DNA of 63,660 nucleotides, filler included, from Pirum gemmata (lineage: Eukaryota), in NCBI GenBank assembly GCA_002812295.1. It is 29 parts of 29 records of this genome, joined end to end, with 100 filler letters (N's around TTAATTAATTAA, not from the genome) between each part and the next. Parts side by side here need not be neighbours in the genome. Positions count along the whole stretch, not along the records: positions 25,472 to 29,038 come from PDIN01010697.1; positions 29,139 to 31,015 come from PDIN01010698.1; positions 31,116 to 32,958 come from PDIN01010699.1; positions 33,059 to 34,896 come from PDIN01010700.1; positions 34,997 to 38,198 come from PDIN01010701.1; positions 38,299 to 40,132 come from PDIN01010702.1; positions 40,233 to 44,160 come from PDIN01010703.1; 22 more parts are not named here. The stretch is one strand, 5' to 3'. The position numbers were made by a program, and so were the translations under genes. The notes beneath the pieces are model-generated. The model had not been told where the DNA came from and made no database searches. It worked only from the letters and a program-made list of their open reading frames with translations. Below are positions 27,351-40,500 of this stretch, one piece after another; positions within the stretch are counted from its first letter, which is position 1, and the number at the start of each line of letters is the position of its first letter.

Positions 27351-27868
27351 ATTTAAATTGATACTTTTAAATAAATAAATATATAATAAAACATACCCAA
27401 TTAAATAAAATGGGTCTATATTGTATTAATTTGGTACTATTTATAGGTAGTCTAGCTGGTCTAGTCTATAGACTAGTCTACTACTAGCTAGCTAGCTAGG
27501 CTGAGGGGCTTAGGGCTGAGGGGCCTCTAGCTAAGGCTGAGGGGCTAGCTAGAGCTCTAGTAGCTAGCTAGTAGACTAGTCTAGCTAGCTCTAGCTAGGG
27601 TTAGGGTTAGGTTAGGGTTAGGCAGCTAGTCTAGTCTAGACTAGTCTGGTTCTAGACCGGGGGGTGGGGGGGGTCTAGCTAGCTAGGGTCTACCTAGTCT
27701 AGGTCTAGTGCTTTTCAGTTATTTTGTCATAATAAAATAAACAATAAAGAGTACCAAATTAATACAATATAAATCCATTTTATTTAATTTGGTATGTTTT
27801 ATTATCTATTTATTTGTTTAAAAATGTCCATTTAAAGGTTATAAACCACCAAAATAAATGAAAAGCAC
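27351..27868. mobile_element. Inverted pair of MITE family A copies (27351-27444 partial, 27708-27868) around CTAG/TTAGGG filler
   Basis: Arms are reverse complements and match the other family A copies. Confidence 0.78.
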
Positions 27869-29694
27869 AATAATATATTAATATTATTTACAGATTTTCT
27901 ACTCTGCATTTTTCTTTTTTAATTAAAGCACTTCAAACACTCTTCAAACTCTATATTACATAATCATAATAAACAATAAGCAATAATTCAATAAATAATG
28001 AACAATATTAATAATGAACAAAAATAAACCCTTAACTATCAACAAGCAACAAGCAACAAACAACAATAAATTTAAACAATACAATAAATTTATACCATAA
28101 ACCATAAACCATAAACAATATAATAAACAATAAACAATAAACAATAAATAATAAAATATAAACAATAAACAAGCAACAAGCAACAATCAACAAGAAACAA
28201 GCAACAAGCAACAAGCAACAATAAACAATAAACAATAAACAATAAACAATAAACAATATAAACAATAAACAATAAACAATAAACAATATAATAATAATTC
28301 ATAATCTTTATCACCATCACCATCACCATCACCATCAAGAATAAGAATAACAAAAACAATAAAACAGTAACAATAACAACAATAACAATAACAATAACAA
28401 CAATAACAATAACAACAACAATAACAATAACAACAACAATAACAATAACAATAACAATAACAATAACAATAACAATAACAATACATTAATAACAATAACA
28501 ATAACAATAACAATAACAATAACAATAACAATATCAATAACAATATTATTAATAATAACAATAACAATAACAATAACAATAACAATAACAATAACAATAA
28601 CAATAACAATAACAATAACAATAACAATAACAATAACAATAACAATACATTAATAACAATAACAATAACAATAACAATAACAATAACAATAACAATATCA
28701 ATAACAATATTATTAATAATAACAATAACAATAACAATAACAATAACAATAACAATAACAATAACAATAACAATAACAATAACAATAACAATAACAATAA
28801 CAATAACAATAACAATAACAATAATAAGTCTAAAATTTCTTTATTTCATACCAAGCCGGATAAAAATGGCGATATCCTCCATATGAGCTCAAAAATTTAA
28901 AATACTATCAAAATTTGAGAAATCGTATATACGCGTCTAACAATATATATAATAATAATAATAGTAAAAAAAAAAAAAAAAAATAATAAAAAATATAAAA
29001 AAAAAAAAAAAAATAAAAAAAATAAAAATAATAAAAAANNNNNNNNNNNNNNNNNNNNNNNNNNNNNNNNNNNNNNNNNNNNTTAATTAATTAANNNNNN
29101 NNNNNNNNNNNNNNNNNNNNNNNNNNNNNNNNNNNNNNTTGTTTTGTTGTTTTGTTGTTTTGTTATTTTGTTATTTTGTTATTTTGTTGTTTTGTTATTT
29201 TGTTGTTTTGTTATTTTGTTGTTTTGTTGTTTTGTTGTTTTGTTGTTTTGTTGTTTTGTTATTTTGTTATTTTGTTGTTTTTGTTTTCTTGTTTTGTTTG
29301 TTGTTTGTTGACTGTTATATCTGTTCATTTTACTGATTCGAAAAAGATGGTGAAATAATTTTCAAAAAAAATGAGACCAGTTTTAAAAATACCTATTAAT
29401 AGCAAAATAGTTACTATATTAAATTAAAATATAATGATTGTTTTCTTAATAGCAAAATAGTTACTAAATTAAGTTAAAATATAATGATTGTTTTCATATA
29501 AGGATATTTAATATCTTTTTTAAAATATTATTTTTAAAAATGTATGTTTTTACGAGCCTGCTCGAAAAAAAGTTCCATGTGATCTGCAGCATCTCTACCC
29601 TAAAAAATGAGAATTTCAAGAAAACCATGACTTTTCAAAATTCTAGGAAAAACATTCTTATCAGTTCGATTTTTTTCGATATAGACCCGGTCTA

Positions 29695-29852
29695 GTCATA
29701 AATATGCAATAAATAGTACCAAATTAATAAAATTTGAACCATTTAATTTAATTTGGTGTCTTTTATTATCTATATATTTATTTAAAAATGTCTATTTAAA
29801 TATTATAACCCTCCAAATAAATATTCCGAGTGACAAAATAAATGAAAAGCAC
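29695..29852 (-). mobile_element. MITE family A, inverted copy
   Basis: Ends TGACAAAATAAATGAAAAGCAC. Confidence 0.78.
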
Positions 29853-30084
29853 CAAAGTGATTCGTTTTTAAAAACTTGATTATTTTTCGAGTAGTCTTAG
29901 GATTGTTCGTTTTTTTTATATGATATAAAATTGGGTTAGAAAACTGTTATCATAGAAACTAGCGTGTAGAGTAGGTTCCAGGGTCAGGGTAAGAGTTAGA
30001 CTTATAACCCTAACCTAACACTAAACCTTAACACCCTAACTCTAAACCCTAACCCTAACCCTAACCCTAACCCTAACCCTAACC

Positions 30085-30115
<31 letters not shown>

Positions 30116-30595
30116 AAACCCCCAGGGCTAGAACCAAATCAACCCGAACCCCAAACCTATCCTAACAAGACCAACTAACTCAACTCTAACCCTAGCTACT
30201 AGCTAGTAGTAGCTAGCTAGAGTAGTCTGGAGAATGGGTCTGTTAGGCTTGGAGTTAGTAGAGTTGTTAGGGCTGTTAGGGTTGTTAGGGTTAGGGTTGT
30301 TAGGGTTAGGGTTGTTAGGGTTGTTAGGGTTAGGGTTGTTAGGGTTAGGGTTGTTAGGGGTAGGGTTGTTAGGGTTAGGGTTGTTAGGGTTAGGGTTGTT
30401 AGGGTTAGGGTTGTTAGGGTTAGGGTTGTTGGGTTTTAAAGTTAGAGTTAGAGTTAAATACGGCTTTGTTACATGTTATGTGGAAGTCAAAATAAACTAA
30501 AACTTGGGGGTTGGTTCGAAAAAAAAAAACTATTTTCGAGTTCGAATCTAAGTTTATTCTCCATCCTTTTATTATTATTATTAGTCTTTTTTTTT

Positions 30596-30861
30596 TTAAC
30601 TACCACACCGGATTAAAATGGCGACATCCGCCCTGTAGTGATATCCACCATATGAGCCCAAAATCCAAAAAAGCTCAAAATAATCTAATTTTAATGAAAG
30701 TGCTACCAAATTATAAGAAATTATATGACTTAGAAAACTCTATTATGAACCAATTACTAGTTTTTAAAAATAATTTGGCTAGTTAGAGTTAAAGGTTTTT
30801 AGAAAAGAAGTCTTTAAAAAAAAAAAAAGATTTCTACATTTTTATTCGGCTTGTCTATTAA
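30596..30861. mobile_element. MITE family C, full copy
   Basis: TTAA-flanked, colinear with 12867-13107. Confidence 0.75.
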
Positions 30862-31263
30862 AAAAAAATTGTTATAATTTAAAATTAAATAGGTAGTCTT
30901 TTTATTTTATTTTATTATCATATTATCATATGATTACAGTTAGTCTATATGCAAAATAATATCATTATGTACAAGACCTTCATTCAGGAGAGTAACTATA
31001 ATTATTATAATAATANNNNNNNNNNNNNNNNNNNNNNNNNNNNNNNNNNNNNNNNNNNNTTAATTAATTAANNNNNNNNNNNNNNNNNNNNNNNNNNNNN
31101 NNNNNNNNNNNNNNNAGTAGTAGTAGTAGTAGTAGTAGTAGTAGAAGTAGTAGTAGAAGTAGTAGAAGTAGTAGTAGTAGTAGTAGAGTAGTAGTAGAAG
31201 TAATAGAAGTAGTAGTAGTATTAGTAGCAGGAGTAGTAGTAATAGAAGTAATAGAAGTGGTAA

Positions 31264-31305
<42 letters not shown>

Positions 31306-33294
31306 GACTACTATTAGTAGTAGTAGTAGTAGTACTAGTAGATGTAATAGCAGTCCTAGCCGTAGCCGTTGTAGTAGTCGTAGTAGTATTAATCTGTAAT
31401 AGTAGTCGTATAATAGCAGTCGTCGTAGTATGATAGTTGTAGTCGTAGACGTAATAATAGTATTGGCAGTAGTCGTAGTATGGTCATAGTCGTAGTAGGG
31501 GTCGCAGGAGTACTAGTAGTAATAGTATTGGTAGTAGTTATAGTAGCTATAGAGTAGCAGTAATAGTAGCAATAGGCCAGGCATATTATTATGATAGTAT
31601 TAGTAATAGTAATACAAGTATTTTCATAAATAAAAAGTGTGTGGACATCAGATTCTGGAAAAAAGCAAAAATTATAGAGGTTTATCTGTATCCAAACAGT
31701 TCCAAACACAAATAATATAATAACTGGATAATAATAAAATATAAATAATATTATGTATGAAACAAACATGAGACCTAGGTCTCATGATATTTATTGTTAT
31801 CGTGTTTAAATAAACAAGTTCAATTATAGACACTTAATTTGTGACTTAAACCATATGCTTTTAAACAGTATATACCAAATTAAAGATCGAGAGGACAAAA
31901 TTTAATAGACGATGCCTTTTTTGCTCCATTATACTTTATGACGTAATAAACTAACTATCTTGACGTATTTATTATGTAACATTGTCTAAATGACGTGCCC
32001 TTAAAACAAGGACTCCCAAGACATTTTCTCAGGACATTTTCTAGTATCATAAGAGTCCTTGCCTTTAGCTTTGCCTTTATTATTCTAAAGAGTCGTCTGG
32101 GATTCGAACCACGGCATTCGAGTTGGTTATTAATTAATATCATTTTTTTCAACAAAAAAAGCAGTAAATAATAATTTATAATTATAAATGAGATTTCCTT
32201 TATTCGTCTCTAAATTCTTTATTTCTCCATAATAAATAAATATCATAGAAATAATAATAATAATAATAATAATGATAATAATTCCACCCATCGTTTATAA
32301 GTTCTGGCCCTGGAGAAAACGTTATTATGGTCAGAAAATTTGATTTAAGAGATTTATTTACTAAGTTACTAAGAAATTTACAGTAACAAAAAATAAATAA
32401 ATAAATAAAACCGAATGATTTACTGGGAATGATTTAACTTAAATTTTCAATAAACGAGTTAGGTGTCCCGTGTACACATAATTATCAAAAACAACTACGA
32501 AAAAAATTATATTCATCATTTATAACCTCTTGCCCCACAACAAACATTTTTTAAGGTCAGAATTTTGATTTAAGAGATCGTTTAATGATACTTTTTTTGC
32601 TTTTTTGCTATCAATGGGTTTGTGACAACAACAACAAAAAAGGGAAATGACAATAATAACAAACATATTATAAGTTTACTTGTATTTCTTCGATCCGCGT
32701 TATATAAGAATAAAAACTTGAATCTAAATTACTATTGCTATTGGTTATTGTTATGATGATTATTGGTCAGTGTGATTGTTTTTGAGTATTGTTATTGTTA
32801 TTAATAAAAAACTACATTATTATTTCGTTGATAAATCGAAATGTTGGGGTTGATTGGCTGCTTTTTTCGAAACAAAAATCTAATGACAATGTTCAGTTTA
32901 ATTTTATTATCTATAAAAACATGTTTTTAAGTCTAAAGCAATTGCGTTCATTATATATNNNNNNNNNNNNNNNNNNNNNNNNNNNNNNNNNNNNNNNNNN
33001 NNTTAATTAATTAANNNNNNNNNNNNNNNNNNNNNNNNNNNNNNNNNNNNNNNNNNNNACTAGTACTAGTACTAGTACTAGTACTAGTACTAGTACTAGT
33101 ACTAGTACTAGTACTAGTACTGGTACTAGTACTAGTACTATTACTAGTACTATTATTACTCCTACTACTACTATTACTACTACTACTACTACTACAATTA
33201 CTACTACTAGTACTACTACTAGTACTACTATTACTACTACTATTACTACTACTATTGCTACTACTATTACTTCTATTACTAATACTACTACTAT

Positions 33295-33385
<91 letters not shown>

Positions 33386-33610
33386 NNNNNNNNNNNNNNN
33401 NNNNNNNNNNNNNNNNNNNNNNNNNNNNNNNNNNNNNNNNNNNNNNNNNNNNNNNNNNNTTATGGTTATGGTTATGGTTATGGTTATGGTTATGGTTATG
33501 GTTATGGTTATGGTTATGGTTATGGTTATGGTTATGGTTATGGTTATGGTTATGGTTATGGTTATGATTTTTTTTCAAACACTAGCACTAACGCTACTAC
33601 TACTATTACC

Positions 33611-33643
<33 letters not shown>

Positions 33644-34002
33644 TCACTATCACTACCACTGCTACTACTACTCCCCCTCACCCCAAAAAATGTAAAATAA
33701 ATTTTGTTAAATTGAATTTATTCCTGTTGCTGTTGGTGTTTTTATGGTGGTGGTAGCCGTTAACGTTGTTCTTGTTGTTAATGTTAATGTTCCGGTTATG
33801 GTTATGGTCATGGTCATGGTCATGGTCATGGTTATGGTTATGGTTATGGTTATGGTTATGGCTAGGGTAGGCAAGCGTTACTGTTAAAGTGTATAATTAA
33901 ACTTTTTTATAAAATAAAACATTAAGTATAAAATACCAAATTAATCGATTACTACTATTTAGCATTATCATTGATATATGCGTTTACTTTGGGTAATTTA
34001 CA

Positions 34003-34699
34003 TTATGCAACACTAGTCGCCACTTTAGAAGTTTTGTCAGCAGCATATTCACTCCAAGAACCCTGTGATTAATGTCATGAACAAAATTGTTTCCATAAAT
34101 ATAGAATCAAACACTTACAGGAATACTTAGAATCGAAAATACAACTTGACACACCCTGATACCAGCCCCAAACTCCTCAAGTCTAACCCTAACCCAACCC
34201 TGATCATACACAATTCTACACACATACATACGCACACTTGGAACGAAAACAAATGTACATCAACAATAAACTAAATAATATAAAAAAGGATTAGGGTAAA
34301 AAATCGTACGTATTTAGACTTAACAATACTCTCAGAGATATACAAAGGAATAATAAAGTAACCGTTACGATAAAGACAATACAGAAATAAAACAACTAAC
34401 AATAAGAATCATCAATAAAACCACAAAAACGAATTGATAACACAAATAAAATAGCCCTAACCCTAACCATAAAGATAATGACAATAACAATAATATAAGC
34501 CAATAAACCAAATAAAAATGACACTAACGTCGTAAACGGATATGTTTGCTCCACATTCAGTGGCAGCTAAAGCAAGAATTGAAGCAGTTACACCAGAACC
34601 ACAAGTAAAAGTAACCGGCAAATTTAAATCAATTTCTCTCACAGCAAAAATTTTCATCAATTCTGAACGTGGTTTAAAATATGTAACGCCGTTTTCCCC
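34003..34699 (-). CDS. MPST: 3-mercaptopyruvate/thiosulfate sulfurtransferase C-terminus; exons 34699-34529 and 34062-34003
   Basis: Active-site loop TCGSGVTA and signature VYD|GSWSEY, spliced in phase. Confidence 0.88.
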
Positions 34700-35461
34700 C
34701 TTAATGTTAGAAGGTGGAACAGAGCAAAAGAAAAGATTAAAAGGGGGTTAGAATTAGGGTTAGGGTTAGGGTTAGGGGTGGGGTTTCTCTCACAGCAAAA
34801 ATTTTCATCAATTCTGAACGTGGTTTAAAATATGTAACGCCGTTTTCCCCCTTAATGTTAGAAGGTCAGAAGACTACTACTACTACTACTACTACTNNNN
34901 NNNNNNNNNNNNNNNNNNNNNNNNNNNNNNNNNNNNNNNNTTAATTAATTAANNNNNNNNNNNNNNNNNNNNNNNNNNNNNNNNNNNNNNNNNNNNCAAC
35001 AATACAACAATACAACAATACAACAATACAACAATACAACAATACAACAATACAACAATACAACAATACAAAGAATACATGTACAACAATAAAACAATAC
35101 AACAATACAATAATACAACAATATAGCAATAAAATTGGAAGGTTGTAACTAACATTATTAAATAATTATTTACATGTATAAGACTCAAGTGGCTACTAGC
35201 TAGTAGTTTTCTAACGAGTCAATAATTGTAACAACAAAATTACTTAAAAAGTTAAATTATATTCGTTTGATCCCTTTTTTGGTAACTTTTGTACTTTATT
35301 TGGTGTTTTCTAATTTTGAATAACGTACTATCAATCCTTCAAATTAACCCATAATCATATCAGTCCCATTCGACCTATACCGATGATTTTCAAACGATGA
35401 TTTTCTATCATTACAATCTACCAAATAAAATTTACAAGTTACCAATATCTATGTTTATCAA

Positions 35462-35958
35462 TTAATAACGCACTATCAACCCTGCAAATTGACCCGTAGT
35501 CTTACCAGTCCCATTCGATCTATAACGAGCTACAGACGAAAATGTAAAAGTAACATTGTCGAACTGTAAAACTGGTTCGCATTGTTCTCCGGCAGGAGAA
35601 AAAGGCCCGTTGATTTTTGAACTAATTATGTAATGTACGTGAGCGTCCAAAATAACTGGTTGACTTAACAAAATATCAACAAATTTAATTTTACTAGTGA
35701 CTATAGTATAAGATTCTGGATGACAGAGTAAAGAACAATAATGGCTGATGTCATCGTTATTAATATTGGTGGTGGTGGTGGCAGTGTTGGTGTTGGTGTT
35801 GTCATTGATGGTGGTGGTGGTTGGGGTGGTGGTGGTGGTGGTGGTGGTGTTATTAATATCACTATCAATATCTTCTCTTGCTTCTCTGTTTTGATTTTGA
35901 TTTTGAGCTGTGCTTTGTTTTCGTAAAACATCAATTACTATTTTATATTCACTTTCTG
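35462..35958 (-). CDS. Terminal exon of a PHR-domain protein (BTBD1/2/3/6 or MYCBP2 type) with a T/N-rich insert; likely upstream exons near 36175-36240 and 37608-37672
   Basis: Open frame SEYKIVIDVL...LSQPVILDAHVHYIISSKINGPFS..G...VTFTF...SNGTGKTTGQFAGLIVRY* resembles the PHR C-terminus (PV..Y..GP.S..G..VTF.F..NGT...GQ). Confidence 0.65.
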
Positions 35959-36248
35959 GTGCACTTTGAGTTGGGATGGCGTTGGGGTTATGAGTAATAT
36001 AATAATAATAATAATAATAAATGTTAATTATAATATTATTACAAGTTCATGTTTCACTAATAATAAGGTATTTAATAACTTTAATCCTCTAATCTTAACC
36101 TTGCCCCTAACCCTAAAGCTAACCTTAACCCTAACCCTAACCCGAACCCTAACCCTAATCAGTAGTAGTATCAGTGGTAAGTCCAGCCAAGTAGTCGTAT
36201 GTTAGAGTCAACAATAGCATCTAAGCTATCGGGGTTTAGACTATTGTA

Positions 36249-37160
36249 CCCTAACCCTAACCCTAACCCTAACCCTAACCCNTTAGGTTTACAGCTAAGG
36301 TTAGGACTAGGGTTAAAGTTGGGCTTAGGGCTAAGGTTAGGTTCAGGGCTAAGGTTAGGTTCAGGGCTAAGGTTAGGTTCAGGGCTAAGATTAGGTTTAA
36401 GGCTAGCTCAGGTTTAAGGCTAAGCTTAGATTTAAGGCTAAGGTTAGGCTTAAGGCTAAGGTTAGGCTTAAGCCTAAGGTTAGGCTTAAGGCTAAGGTTA
36501 GGTGTAGGGCTAAGGTTAGGTTTAGGACTAAGGTTAGGTTTAGGGCCAACGTTAGGTTTAGGGGTTACGGTTAGGGTTGGGCCCATTAAATGGAATTTGG
36601 GTTGGGATAGCGTTGTGCTTAGGGTGTTGTTAGGGGTAGGGTGTTGGTAGGGTTCGGCTTAGGGTACAATAGTTCATAAAACAAAATTACGGGTTAATTC
36701 TAGGGTTGGGATTAGGATTAGTTACGGTTAATTACAGTTATGGTTATGGTTACGATTACGGCTACGGGTAGGGGTAGGGGTAGGGTTACGCTTACGGTTA
36801 CGGTTACGGTTACGGTTACGGGCAAGGGTTAGGGTTAGGGTTAGGGTTAGGGTTAGGGTTAGGGTTTCGGGTTAGGGTTAGGGTTAGGGTTTCGGGTTAG
36901 GGTTAGGGTTGGGGTTTCGGGTTAGGGTTAGGGTTAGGGTTTCGGGTTACGGTTTCGGTTTAGGGTTAGGATGAGGGTGAGGTTTAGGGTTGGAGTTGGA
37001 GTTGGAGTTAGGGTTAGGGTTAGGGTTTATGTTGGGTTAAGGTTAAGGTTAGGATTAGGGGGTTTAGGTCAAAGTTAGGAATAGGGTATTAAGGTGAGGG
37101 TTAGAGTTAGAGTTAGAGTTAGGGTTAGGGTTAGAGTTAGAGTTAGAGTTAGAATTAGGG
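36249..37160. repeat. Large degenerate TTAGGG-derived array with 18-bp higher-order units, probably intronic
   Basis: Visible CCCTAA and TTAGGG/TTACGG/TTAGAG variants. Confidence 0.9.
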
Positions 37161-37528
37161 GAAAGTACGTGATTCTGTTAATTCAAACGACATTTTTTTC
37201 GTTTAGTTGGAAAAAGAAAGATTCTTAAAAAGTTAATAAATAAAATCAGTATATATAGTATTTGGGTCCCAAACTTATTTATTACGAAAATTATAACATT
37301 GTTTTGTTATCATTTCAAGTAAATAAAATGGTTAGGCATAATAAATAATAATAAATAACAATAAATAACAATAAATAATAATAAATATAACAATAAATAA
37401 TAATAAATAATAAGAAATAATAATAAATAATAATAAATAATAATAAATAATAATAAATAATAATAAATAATAATAATAATGATAATAATAATAATAATGA
37501 TAATAATAATAATAATAATAATAATAAG

Positions 37529-37561
<33 letters not shown>

Positions 37562-38333
37562 TAGCAAATAATAGCAATAGTAATAATAATAATAATAATT
37601 GTAATACTCCAGTAAAGCTGTGCTAAAACTGTCTTTTAAAGATGTACGCGCTTGATCGATAACATCAGTTTCTAAAATACATGCCATGCAGAAATATAAA
37701 AATGAAAACAAAAAACAAAAAAGGGAGAGGCCGGAGGGGCTAGGATTAGTGCCAGGGCTATGGTTAGGGGTTAGGGTCGGTGGGTAGGGTTAGAGGTTGG
37801 TGCCAGTGATAGGGTTAGGGTTCGGGTTAGGGTTAGGGTTAGGGTTAGGGTTAAGGGTTACAGTTACAATATGAATAGGTTAGAGTTAGGGCTACGGCTT
37901 AGAGTTAGGGCTATAATTTAGAGTTAGGGCTACGATTTAGAGTTATGGTTACGCATATGGCCAGGGCTACGGTTAGAGTTACGGTTAATGATAGGGTGAG
38001 GGCTACGGTTAGAAAATAGGGTAAAGGATAGTGTTAGTGGATACTGTTAGGTTTACAGCTAAGGTTAGGACTAGGGTTAAAGTTGGGCTTAGGGCTAAGG
38101 TTAGGTTCAGGGCTAAGGTTAGGTTCAGGGCTAAGGTTAGGTTCAGGGCTAAGATTAGGTTTAAGGCTAGCTCAGGTTTAAGGCTAAGCTTAGATTTANN
38201 NNNNNNNNNNNNNNNNNNNNNNNNNNNNNNNNNNNNNNNNNNTTAATTAATTAANNNNNNNNNNNNNNNNNNNNNNNNNNNNNNNNNNNNNNNNNNNNAT
38301 AATAATAATAATAATAATAATAATAATAGCGAC

Positions 38334-38932
38334 ATGTTTCTTTATGATTTATTTTCAGTTCCTATTATTGGTAATTTTCCAACTGATATGAACAATAATA
38401 GGACACTATATGGTAACAAAGCTAGCGATTTTAGTAGACGTCGTCGTCGTAGTAGTAGTAGTAGTACAAGTCCAAATTTTATCGCTATAGATTCATCCTT
38501 TAATTTACAAGTTCAACATAGTAATAGTAATTTTAGTATTATTGAACAATCACCTGTTTTATTACCACCATCAACACCACAGTCACAACCACAACCGCAA
38601 CCACCACAACCACCACCACAACCACCACCACAACCACCATCACCACCACAACAACAGCAGCCACCACCACCACCACAGCAACAACATAGTAAAGTTAACA
38701 ATAGTATTGTTAAACAATCTCCAATTTTATTACCGCTACAACCACCACCACTACCACCACCACCACCACAACAACAGCAGTCACTACCACCACAGCAGCA
38801 GCAACATAGTAACAATAGTATTGTTAAACAATCTCCAATTTTATTACCGCTACAACCACCACCACCACAACAACAACAACAACAACAACAACAACATCGA
38901 CAACAACCACAACCACAACCACAACCACCACC

Positions 38933-38963
<31 letters not shown>

Positions 38964-38980
38964 CCACCACAACCACAACC

Positions 38981-39032
<52 letters not shown>

Positions 39033-40013
39033 CCACAACAACCACAACAATCACCACAACCAAAACAAGAAAAAGTAAAAGAAAAAGAAAACAGGATGGA
39101 ATTAGAAAAAACAAAAAGTTTTCAACAACAACAACGACAATATAATGCTCAGCAAGCAAAATCAAACTCTAAACTGAGGAATTCAAAAAAAGAGAAAGGA
39201 AAAAATAAGCAACGCAAAGTTGATCAAAAGCTCATCAATGTTACAACCCCAATCCCAACCACAACAACCACAACAACCACAAAAACAACCCCAACTACAA
39301 CAATCCCAACAATAACAACAGCAACAGCAGCAACAACAACAACAGCAACAACAACAACAACAACAACAACATCGAAAAAAGTAAGAGAAGCAACATTATC
39401 AGCACCACTAGTATTACAACAATCAAAGAATAGACGACCTCCTACGCCAAAAGAACAACAAAAACAGTTACAATCACGGTTATCTCGCTCATCTAGCACA
39501 CCTCAACAACCTCCCAAACAACAACAGCAGCAACAACACCACCAACAACACAAACAACACCAAAAAGAAAACACCAACACCAACACCAACACCAACACTA
39601 AACCATTACATATCAATAACAAAATGACACGCTCAAAAAGTGTCAACGAAATTTCCTTTAAACCAACTTTACAATCCGAATTCGCGTTAGAATTAACCGA
39701 AATGCGAGAAGTTGCTTCTCACTCGCTTCCAGCAGGGGTAACTGGGGGTCAGTTTAGCATGTTTACAGTGGTTCCACCGCATCAACAATCCAATACTAAG
39801 CTAGATGAAAACGGTGAGCCGAAGTGTTGCCAAAATTGCGGTACAACCGAAAGCAAAATGTGGAGAACGGGTAGAGTTAGTAATTTGACTTTGTGTAATG
39901 CTTGTGGGTTATATGAGTATAGTCATGGTGGATCCCAAAGACCTTCTAAATTATATAACCGTCGAAAACAAAGTAGAAGGGGTAGAATAGAAAATAGACC
40001 AGAAAAACCGTAA
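38334..40013 (+). CDS. GATA zinc-finger transcription factor with long P/Q/T-rich N-terminus (true start uncertain)
   Basis: CQNCGTTESKMWRTGRVSNLTLCNACGLY (C-X2-C-X18-C-X2-C) followed by a basic tail. Confidence 0.92.
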
Positions 40014-40350
40014 AGTAGAATGGTAGAATGGAAAGTAGACCAGAAAAAGCGTAAAGTAGAAGGGGTATACGCAAAAGAGAAAATTAATTATTAGGATAAT
40101 AAAAAATATATATATCTATTATTATTATTATTNNNNNNNNNNNNNNNNNNNNNNNNNNNNNNNNNNNNNNNNNNNNTTAATTAATTAANNNNNNNNNNNN
40201 NNNNNNNNNNNNNNNNNNNNNNNNNNNNNNNNTAACCCTAACCCTAACCCTAACCCTAACCCTCTTTCTTTCTTTCTTTCTTTTATGGCATATGCATATT
40301 AAAAAAAAAAACTAATTTTAATTTTAATTAAAAAAACAACAACAATATTA

Positions 40351-40490
40351 TAGTGCTTTTCATTTATTTTGTCTTGCTTGGTTATAATATTTAAATTGAC
40401 TTCTTTAATTAAATGAACAAATAGATAATAAATATTTGGTACTTTTTATTGTATATTTTATGATGACAAAACAACTGTTAAAACACGATA
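40351..40490. mobile_element. Internally deleted MITE family A copy 10 bp from the monooxygenase stop codon
   Basis: Both TIRs present. Confidence 0.75.
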
Positions 40491-40500
40491 ATCAAAATTA

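Noticed and set aside
32088..32125. tRNA gene (GGTTCGAATCCC on the minus strand)
   Set aside because: T-stem pairs poorly and no D-arm, anticodon arm or matching acceptor half is present; at most a tRNA/SINE relic
35344..35417. Extra terminal exon using the GTAAG at 35505
   Set aside because: Reading through gives the PHR-like NGT...GQ ending; the downstream piece looks like a short local duplication
36284..38198. Identical 150-bp blocks at 36284 and 38048, and similar near-exact duplications next to single Ns (48224/48470, 52170/52302, 52420/52609)
   Set aside because: Near-perfect identity adjacent to N or scaffold ends indicates scaffolding overlap artefacts
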